A stretch of DNA of 64,000 bases, from the NCBI GenBank assembly GCA_951406725.2, contig OX597819.1, forward strand, positions 28,768,001 through 28,832,000, given 5' to 3'. Positions within the stretch are counted from its first letter, which is position 1. Every line of letters begins with the position of its first letter. The position numbers were made by a program, and so were the translations under genes. Positions 52,240 to 64,000 of the stretch are shown piece by piece. The notes below the pieces were generated by a model. The model saw only the letters and a program-made list of their open reading frames with translations. It made no database searches and was not told the DNA's origin. The DNA is from Octopus vulgaris (taxonomy: Eukaryota).

Positions 52240-52276
<37 letters not shown>

Positions 52277-52436
52277 CGGACTTCTTTCAGTTTCCGTTTA
52301 CCAAATCCACTCACAAGGCTTTGGTTGAATCGAAGCTATAGTAGAAGACACTTGCCCAAGGTGCCACGCAGCAGGACTGAACCCCGAACCATGTGGTTGG
52401 GAAGCAAGTTTCTTACTACAAAGCCATGCTCGCGCC
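52081..52436 (-). mobile_element. SINE family A
   Basis: Reverse complement of 8247-8683. Confidence 0.85.
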
Positions 52437-52793
52437 TGTACATACATACATACATACATACATACATACATACATACATACATACATACATACATACATA
52501 CATACACATGAGTGTGTGTATACATATGTATGCACGTGTATATACAGTAGTGGTTGCTTACGCATATTCAAGTAAAACCATTGCTAGAAAGACTCATTGA
52601 AATGAATCATTGATAATGCAATATGAAGCCATTATATGACTCTTCAACCCCGATAAAGATTTTCACATTTTATTGCATAATGCACAGTTGTACCGTCTGG
52701 TACAAGGAACCAATGCCACAGTATAAAGTCTTTTGACATGTTTTTTTTAATCCACCAATTGAACGGCACCTTTCCATAGGTTGCACAAGTTCT

Positions 52794-53029
52794 TATTTCT
52801 TTATTGCCCACAAGGGGCTAAACATAGAGGGGACAAACAAGGACAGACAAACGGATTAAGTCGATTACATCAACCCCAGTGTGTAACTGGTACTTAATTT
52901 ATCGACCCCGAAAGGATAAAAGGCAAAGTCGACCTCGGGGCAAATTTGAACTCAGAACGTAGCCTCAGACGAAATACGGCTACGCATTTCGCCCGGCGTG
53001 CTAACGATTCTGCCAGCTCACCGCCTTTC
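52794..53029 (-). mobile_element. SINE family B, full length
   Basis: Perfect 16-bp TSD AGGTTGCACAAGTTCT (52778-52793 / 53030-53045). Confidence 0.9.
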
Positions 53030-53311
53030 AGGTTGCACAAGTTCTGTTGACAATTGCTGGTTCATAATTTACAAGGGGTCGATTCCCGTGGCTTCTTTGA
53101 TGGCTAACCAGGCCTGCACGACCTAAGCATTGCCTCCTACAAATCACACACGTAAAAACCAATATTCATTCACTTTCTACTGGTTCGTTCTTTCTAAGCT
53201 TTCTCCTGATTTTCTCGTGTTTCATTCTCTCTTCCACCATCTATTTCAGTCTTGTGCTTCTGCCTTTCAATCAACATCTGAAATTCCTGTTTGTATCAAA
53301 GGAGTTTCAAG

Positions 53312-53673
53312 GCAGTATGACCCAGCAACGCCGGGTCATAATGCTAGTGCATGCATATACAGCTGCGTACTTGTGCATATACACGCGAGTACTGTCCAAA
53401 TCTCCGACCAATCACATACAGATAGCTGGCATTCAATTGGCGTATCAAGTTTTGGGCATTTTAATTGGGTTTTGGATAGAAAATTCACAAAAAAGTCACT
53501 TCTATTGATTTTTTAATGGCTTTGCGAGGTGACTGGGGAAATGTAAAGATGTGCACGACCACCCTTGGACGGTTTTGAGTGACCATAGAAAGTGCGAGCC
53601 CTCTAACTGAAAAATTGTGGATTTGTATAAAGGACATGCACGCAGACATTTTTGCCATATATATATAGAGAGA
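53312..53673 (-). mobile_element. Non-autonomous Helitron with a long terminal hairpin
   Basis: 5' A|TCTCTCTATATATAT on the minus strand; 3' hairpin GCAGTATGACCC-AGCAACGCC-GGGTCATAATGC next to CTAG. Confidence 0.75.
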
Positions 53674-53803
53674 TTCTCACTAGACGTCTACTCCAACTCA
53701 ATCGACTCTACAGAATTATCGATTCTACACTCCTGCTACTTCTCCCGATTACTTCAACGTCACTGATTGTCATTTTCCAGATTATTCCAAGAATTTGTAC
53801 AAA

Positions 53804-53837
<34 letters not shown>

Positions 53838-53933
53838 TATATCATTAGTAAATCATAAATCCGAAAGAGAAGGACACTCTAAGTTATAGAGCAGTAGAGT
53901 ATTTAGATTAAAGATAGTTACGGCTGGTTTATA

Positions 53934-53993
53934 GGGTTACCCAGGGTTTCGAGTCCATAAAGATTTTCACTTTACATACATCTCGTCAGACCC
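53934..53993 (-). ncRNA. Type I hammerhead ribozyme, intact core
   Basis: GGGU-CUGACGA-GA...UC-GAAA-CCCUGGG-UA-ACCC: stem I GGGU/ACCC, near-palindromic stem III, GUA cleavage triplet. Confidence 0.75.
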
Positions 53994-54063
53994 TAATGGC
54001 TGGTGGTTAAGCGCTTTATGGTCATGAAACCTTAGGTAACCCTATAAACCAGCCGTAACTAAT

Positions 54064-56641
<2,578 letters not shown>

Positions 56642-56849
56642 ATAGCTCTTATTTCTAGCAATGTGAGTGTTTCTAACTCTCTAGTCGCACTTAGTGACAA
56701 TTATAGGTTTCCTTTTTGGTGGAACATTGCAAACTACTGTCTACATTAATTCTCTGTATGCACATTAGCGATTTTCAAAATCATCCATAGATTTCTATGA
56801 TGAAATCTGATAGAGAATTAAGTTCGGAATCTACCAAAGTCGAGCTAGT

Positions 56850-56899
56850 TTTTACTGATGAGACAACGGAAATTGTTGAAACTGACTGTCAGTTTAAGG
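56850..56899 (+). ncRNA. Type I hammerhead ribozyme, intact core
   Basis: UUUUA-CUGAUGA-GACAA-CGGAAA-UUGUU-GAAA-CUGAC-U-GUCAG-UU-UAAGG; all three stems pair. Confidence 0.72.
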
Positions 56900-57351
56900 A
56901 ATTCTCGAACGGTATTTTCGGACGACTACAGTCACTATCAGTATATGTCTGTGTGTGCGTGAATTAATAGGCTTTTGGTAATCTCGGTTATGAATATTCG
57001 TTTGTTCAATTAACAGCTTTGCCTGCTCATTGAATTGACGGTGTGTGATAGAACACTCCGAAGTCACGTGTACCTTTAACGCAATTAACAAGCAGAACCA
57101 GCATGACGTGGTGTGTAATAAGACTATACATTCCATCCGACAGTCTTCCATAAAGTTTTCATCTGCTTAATTTCTTCTATAATGTATGGGGTTGACCTGA
57201 AGTTACAGGACGACACACCCAAGACGACACACCCAAGACGACACACCGTTAGATGGATCTGAAACCTTGAGATTGTGAAACAATCTCGAGGTAATTTTAG
57301 CCATTCCATGCCTGTATATAATCTATTTATCTATATATATACATACATACA

Positions 57352-57413
<62 letters not shown>

Positions 57414-58444
57414 CATGCATACATACATACATGCATGCATACATTTTATTTGTGTGTGTATGCACATAACATTGAAACTAAATATTTATCTCGCAACTCG
57501 AGTTTTCCGCCACTGTAGTCTTCAGGCGATAACTCTCGCCTTAAGATTGTTGTGGCATGAAACTTGAATCGTGACATATATTATTTAGTTGTAATAAACC
57601 ATATACTCTATAACCTGTACTGAACATTTATTTCTCATTTGCTCTACGCAATCAACATTTGTGTACACACACGCATGCGCACACAGACACACATACTCAC
57701 ATGCACGCACTCATGCATTCAAGCACGCGCGCACACACACACACATCCACGCACACGCACACACGCGCGTGCACACTATAACCTTCATTTAGCGTTTCGT
57801 CATATTGTCGATGTGAAATAATATAACACCAAAATAGAAATTTACAAAATATACGCCTGTCAAAGTGAATTTTTATTTGCTTTTATTTTCCCCATCTTTT
57901 TTTTTTTGGCAAGTTGTTGCATTTTCAATTCAGTAAAATATGAAGAAATAAATAAATTATGATGGGTAATGTTACTAGAAATTCAATTTAAAAAAAATAT
58001 TTAGCAAACGTTGTCTCAGATACAACTTTTGAAAGTCTACTGTCTACTTCATGGAGTTGTAACTCTTTTTACGGTATGACAGTATTTAAAATATAAAATA
58101 GTGAAAATAGTTGAGTTACTAAAATATCACAGTAAGGAAATATCTAATGAGGACATCATGGGGAGAGAATAGCAGTATGCTGAAGAAGATGATAAAAGTG
58201 AGGATGCAAAAAAAAAAAAAACATTATGAATTTTAACAACTTATGATTTGTTTGAGGTTTTCCAGTTTTAGATAAAGTTATGGCCATTTTCACTGAAAAA
58301 AATATCCTCATACAGAGATAAGTTCAAAAGCAAACAATTTATAAGTGGATACAACAGCTACAAGGAGTTATACCAAGAGAGGCAAAGGAATAATGGTTGA
58401 CAACAAACCTTGGACTTGATCTTTTAGTGAATAATTTATATTGC

Positions 58445-58846
58445 TCTTTTACACGTTTCAGTCATTTGACTGTGGCCATGCTGGAGCACCGCCTTTAGCC
58501 TATGAAATCAACCCCAGGACTTATTCTTTGTAAGCCTAGTACTTAATCTATCGTACCCTTTTGCTGAACCGCTAAGTTTCGGCGACGTAAACACACCAAC
58601 ATCAGTTGCCAATTGATGGTGTGTGTGTGTGTGAACAAACACAGACACAAAGACACACACACACATAAATATATATATATACACATATATATACACAATG
58701 AGCTTCTATCAGTTTCCGTCTACCAAATCCACTCACAAGGCTTTGGTCAGCCCAGGGCTATAGAAGGCACTTGCCCAAGGTGCCACGCCGTGGGACTGAA
58801 CCCGGAACCATGTGGTTGGGAAGCAAGCTTCTTACCACACGGCCAC
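58445..58846 (-). mobile_element. SINE family A, followed by SINE family B at about 58870-59070
   Basis: Reverse complement of 8247-8683 motifs. Confidence 0.85.
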
Positions 58847-59329
58847 TGATTTTTTTCTTCAACTTTTTAATATTGGTCTCAAATTTTGGCACAAGGCCAG
58901 TAATTTTGGTGGTTGGGTAAGTCGATTACATAGACCCCAGTACTCAATTAGTACTTACTTTATCGACTCCGAAAGGATGAAAGACTTCAATGGAATTTGA
59001 ATTCAGAACATATAGACGGATGAAATGCCGTGAAACATTTTGCCCGGCGTGCCAACGATCCTGCCAGCTTCACTGCTTTTCTTTAACGTTTAATATTAGA
59101 AAGCGTTTTGAAGCTACACTTTTTGGGAATGCTGATAGCAGAAAGTTGGTGCAATTGTTTGCCACAGAATCGAAGAAAACTATACCTCAGGCTTTTCGAT
59201 AAGAGTTTGTTGGTGGGTTTGTGACTAGGAATAAAAAACATTAGATATAAACAGTGGGAATGTACTGCAGGAATGTAAGCTTTGTTCTAATATTGGTTTC
59301 GCTTTACGTCATTTAATTTAGTTGCATTT

Positions 59330-60410
59330 GTCAAGAACATATCAACAGTGTTAAGGAAGCATAGACTGTAAGTGAGTGTGCGTTGATCACGTGAAGTAAT
59401 GAAATTGCATTGGTAACATTTCGTTCGGTATTCCTGCGCATTCTTGTTAGTAGAATGTTACCAGTTTTGTACTGTAATGTTTATCTTTCAAGCATCCCCA
59501 TAAAAGAAGTTTAGTGGTGTGAGGTTCAGAAAATGTGGAGGGCATTCTCCTGGACTTCTTCAGCTATTACGCCTATCTGACAAAATTTCATCAATGTAGA
59601 CCCTTACTTTACTATGGTAGTGTTGGAGTGTTCCATGTTGCTGGAAATAAAGATCTGTATCTTCAAAGTCCTCTTGAATTTTTGGCATGAGTTCAAGTAA
59701 ATAGGACCAGTCACTGTACTATCAAAAAAGAAAGGTTCAATTAATCCTTTTGATGATAAACTGCATCATGCTGTCCCTTCTGGTAGATTTATGTGATGTT
59801 CCTCCGTCATATGCGTGTTTTTAGGCCCCCAGTTGCTGCAATTGTAGCGGTTAATTGAACCATTCAATCTAAATGTAGTCTCATCCCTCTAAATAGTCTT
59901 TGTTGGAAAGTGTACAATTTCTACACATCTTCCCAAGTACCACTTATACAACTCCACTCTTCGGTCAAGATCATTTTCATGGAGACTATGAATGATTTTT
60001 AGAATGTAGCTTTTGCAATGGCAGTGTTGCAAAATGTGATGGACGCTAGATTATGAAATTCCTTTCTCACGACTCATTTGTCACACAGATTTTCTTGTCT
60101 AGCAATACATTTCTGACATCCTTTCTTGCTTTGTGGAGCACATCGACGTGCGGTCTTCCAGAAGGTTTCTTGTCGACATTTTAAACAGCTCCATCCACTT
60201 CAAACATTACTAATTCGATTGAGGATGGATCTATTTGAAATCCCTTCGGAAAATGCTTTTTTCTCATTTCCAGTAGTACTTCATAAAAAAATTCCTTTCT
60301 TCAAAGCATAGGCTGGCTCCATTCTTTATTTCTAATGAGTTAAATCCGAAAAGAAATGAAAATTACGTGAGTTATCAGCTATCAAAGTGCATATACGTTT
60401 CTGGGGTTGA
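59330..60410 (-). mobile_element. DD41D (rosa/Visitor-like) Tc1-mariner transposase remnant
   Basis: [48 protein letters not shown] aligns to FQQDGAPPH...WIGR..WPPRSPDLTPLDFF with 41-residue spacing. Confidence 0.75.
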
Positions 60411-60413
60411 CCG

Positions 60414-60606
60414 CGTGTGTACCGTTGGCGATTTTTTTTCCTCTGTCTTCCCTTCTCTGGATCTTTCCTTTTCATATGTTTCCGACGAAGAGCTCTGCTC
60501 GAAACGTTAAACCCTCCTTCTTCTCTTCTTTCCTGAGCGTCCAATAATACTATAATTATTCCACGTCCTCGCGTTGTGTTTTCTCTTTGTGTTTTCATGT
60601 TTGGAT

Positions 60607-60610
<4 letters not shown>
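60414..60610 (+). mobile_element. Penelope-like pseudo-LTR or retrozyme-like 200-bp repeat abutting (TA)n
   Basis: Second copy of 25332-25530. Confidence 0.75.
60478..60512 (+). ncRNA. Minimal hammerhead ribozyme (CCGA variant)
   Basis: GUUU-CCGACGA-A-GAGC-UCU-GCUC-GAAA-CG-UU-AAAC. Confidence 0.65.
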
Positions 60611-60664
<54 letters not shown>

Positions 60665-60672
60665 TGTGTGTA

Positions 60673-60808
<136 letters not shown>

Positions 60809-61019
60809 AATCATCATGTATGTGTGTGTGCGTGTGTGAGAGAGCGTGTTAATGCATATATTCGGTCACTCGTGAGTGTTACAGGGAAAATGTAACCCAG
60901 GATAACCTGTTGCGTAATCGGGCCATGAAGAACTAAACCAGCAACGCAGTCAAGCTTCCTTGGTGAGCAGGGCAGCTTTTGGACATCTTGTGAGATGAAA
61001 AAACAAAATCAATTTGAGG

Positions 61020-62696
61020 GCACATGAACTCAGAAATGTCAACAGTCATCCAACTAAACAGTATGTATGTATGTTTGTATGTATATATGCAGATTTGTAT
61101 GTTTTGCTTCATGTGTGTATTCTCATGCATATAGTTGCATATTTAGACATGTCTAGATATGCAACTATATGCACGATAAACTTCTGGATAGTTTTACAGA
61201 TTTTTACAGTTCCAGTGATAGATTGGATCTGTAGTCTTTGAATCAGCTTTCTCCTTTCTGATTTTGAGAAGCCGAATTTCTCAAGATTGGTATTTAGGAA
61301 GTGTGTTACATATCCCAAGGCCCTAATATTTACAGGTGTAAACCTGAACTTGTAATCTGGATAGAGTAACTGTAGAGTTCTCAATAGTACAGTGTAGATA
61401 TTCTCTTTTTCGTTGATCTTCAGCTTTATGTTAACATCCGCTGGACAGCTAATTTCCACAACTCTACATAGTTTCTCTTCTCTATCGCAAATCGTTATAT
61501 CAGGTATCTTGCGCTTACATTTTATTAAGGGTTTCACTGGGACATTCCACCAGTACTGTTTTTTATTATGAATGGCTGTGGCTTCTACCATATTGTGGGT
61601 TCTTATTTCTTTGTCCTCGAGGTTATCCTTCCGATGGATCTCATTATATAGTGTCCTAGCTACATCATTCTCATCGGTAGATAATACTATGATGACATTT
61701 TCGGACAACTGCTTATGGTGTAGGTGATATCTGCGGTGTTAACTCCACAAGGTCTGCATCAGTTGTCACATTTTACTGCTTGTCCTGCATCTCTATCCCT
61801 TTTGTAATCAATTATTTGGTTTATATTTCCTTTTCCTGGATTTCAAACCCTTCAAAGTAGGAGTAATTCGGTTATTGGTCCATGACAGACTGCTTTGATG
61901 ACCAATGTTACCATTATCTCGGATCTTTCTAATAACATATCTATGCATGGTCTTCTGTTCATATATGCTCATCCTTTCATCTGATGATATGTTGCGGTAG
62001 AGTTGTGCGACTTATTTGGGCATGTATCTAAGGTTATCAGACAAGGAATGCTACTCAAAGATGTTATGAGTCTCATGTATGCAAACTTGGCCAAGGGGTA
62101 TACTTAAACACTTGATGGCTGAAAGATGTTACCGAGGGGATATGACACAACATTCAAAGGCATTTTAGTTCGATGTTAAGCTTCTGCCACCTTGTTTTCG
62201 TTTTAGTTAGAGGCGGTCTACGTCACAGTTTATGTGAAAATAATGTGTGCTTGTTAGTATTTTCTTGGTTTTCACATCAATTGCTCAGATCTCATCAAGC
62301 GTCCAATCAAACAGTTCAAATATTGGTATGAGTACTGGCACTGCAAACACATTGTGGGACACTGTTTTATTGAATGCAGAGAATTCTGAGGTTCAAAATT
62401 TCTTTATTTGGCTATAATATTCTTTAGTGACACCTATTTTGTTACAGGTGCCATTGTGAGATATGTTTTTATCCACCTCTAGATACCTATAACATTCTTC
62501 ATCAGATATAGAGGAAACAGTTAAGTCATTGATGGAGATGTTGCTAGACTGGTTTACAGTTTTCCCCCTTTTCACAACCATATAACATTTATCCTGACCA
62601 AACTCCAACCCTACAACCTTTGAAAATGTTGTAACTAGGCCAAGGCTCTTTTTCATCTCGTGCATATTCTTTGCATAAAGTTTCAAGTCATCCACA
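61020..62696 (-). mobile_element. R4/Dong-type LINE from the RT catalytic motif to the RLE endonuclease and 3' UTR
   Basis: VDDLKLYAK..FGQDKC..YRYLEV; ORF 61109-61708 reads PDITICDREEKLCRVVEISCPADVNIKLKINEKENIY. Confidence 0.88.
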
Positions 62697-62778
62697 TGTA
62701 TGTATGTATGTATGTATGTATGTATGTATGTATGTATGTATGTATGTATGTATGTATGTATGTATGTATGTATGTATG

Positions 62779-63172
62779 CATTGGGAAGGGTCTTCTTATG
62801 ATGATGACATGCAGTGTCTGTGCAAGACCCTGCCTCAGTAAAACTGGACCAAGAGTCATCTTCGTAGTCATAAAACGAGACAGATGAGTGACAACCTGGG
62901 CACTGGTGGTGGTGTAACACACCATACTAATCATATCTGTCGGGCATGTGGAAGAGAGTGTAATTCGGCAGGAGGACTTAAACGACATGCAAAGGTACAT
63001 GAAGCCCAGTTACAACTACAGCCGGCTATTACCAGTAAAGGTCTTAGTTGCTAATTTTGTACAAGACATTGTAGATCTTTAGCTGGGCTAAAAAGTCACA
63101 TTCGATCACAACACCAGTAACAGTTAAGCTTCGTGCAATGGCCATACTTGATAACGAGGGGGCAGCCATAAT
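62779..63172 (+). mobile_element. RTE-like LINE 3' end with three C2H2 zinc fingers, embedded in (TATG)n
   Basis: CSVCARPCLSKTG/KSHLRSH; CRACGRECNSAGGLKRHAKVH; C*FCTRHCRSLAGLKSHIRSQH*. A short 3' UTR leads into ATGT repeats. Confidence 0.7.
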
Positions 63173-63520
63173 GTATGTATATATGCATCTATGCATGCAT
63201 GTATGTATGTATGTATGTATGTATGCGTGAGAACGTGCGAATTTCTGGATGTGCATTTAACCTACCAGGGCGAAGTTAATTAACTCACGAAACGGAGAAC
63301 TTAAATAGAAAAGCCTGAGATGTGTTGTTCATAAGCCTCCACCACTGAAAACGAATCATCTGTGTAGGTAGTCTAACAAAAAGAACTGTTGAAACCTCAT
63401 ACATTGAAATTGATGAGAAATTCCATTATGTATGTATGTATGTATGTATGTATGTATGTATGTATGTATGTATGTATGTATGTATGTATGTATGTATGTA
63501 CGTATATATGTATTATGTAC

Positions 63521-63566
<46 letters not shown>

Positions 63567-63931
63567 TTCTGTGTGTGTATTTATGCAAGTATGTATGTAT
63601 GTATGTGCGTATGCCTAGCACTATTTCATTCTTTTCAAAAATCGTCAGTATGATATAAGCTCAGAATCATTAAAGAAGTATTCTATGAAGTGAGATATTT
63701 CTTATAAATGGAAAATAATTACAGTCTGGAAGAAATTCATCGAACGTGTTTTCTTTTTATTCTCTTTCCTTTCACCTTTTCCTTCTTCGTAGAACATTAG
63801 TATATTCGCAACGGAGACAAAAGAGAAAATTGTTTAGTATTTACACACAGGATTACTATATATTTACACACGCACACACGCACATCTATTTAACTACCTG
63901 TCTGCCAGTCCGTCTCTCTCTTTCTCTCACA

Positions 63932-64000
<69 letters not shown>

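Noticed and set aside
57209-57247. 14-bp tandem repeat GACGACACACCCAA, about 3 copies
   Set aside because: Local slippage inside a degenerate SINE fragment.
62393-62920. 175-aa ORF as a novel chimeric protein
   Set aside because: Accidental fusion of an antisense zinc-finger LINE end, a (CATA)n tract and a truncated Dong RT.

Overview
This is AT-rich eukaryotic DNA packed with microsatellites and transposons. Its SINE, LINE and MITE content most resembles an Octopus (cephalopod) genome; that assignment is inference from recalled repeat families, not from a search. I recognise no intact host protein gene, only a few weak candidate exons. Most ORFs in the track are microsatellite read-throughs or decayed transposon fragments. 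Identifiable elements are R4/Dong-type LINEs in (TAA)n, RTE, CR1-like and L1/Tx1-like LINE fragments, Penelope-like GIY-YIG remnants, a gypsy gag relic, and several tRNA-derived SINE families. DNA transposons include a near full-length DD36E Tc1, two mariners, a DD41D element, hAT and piggyBac pieces, and Helitrons. The signals least explained by a standard annotation are four. (1) At least six type-I hammerhead ribozyme motifs of several unrelated sequence types, read by eye, lie in non-coding Penelope-like or retrozyme-like repeats; one sits in a hairpin that appears to carry hammerhead halves in both polarities. (2) A MITE family with GG termini and 8-bp TSDs (Merlin-like) carries internal TTAGGG/G4 arrays. 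(3) An RTE-like 3' end with three tandem C2H2 fingers is embedded in (TATG)n. (4) CpG density steps up at about 45.8 kb, which may mark the end of a methylated gene body. Boundaries of degenerate elements are approximate.
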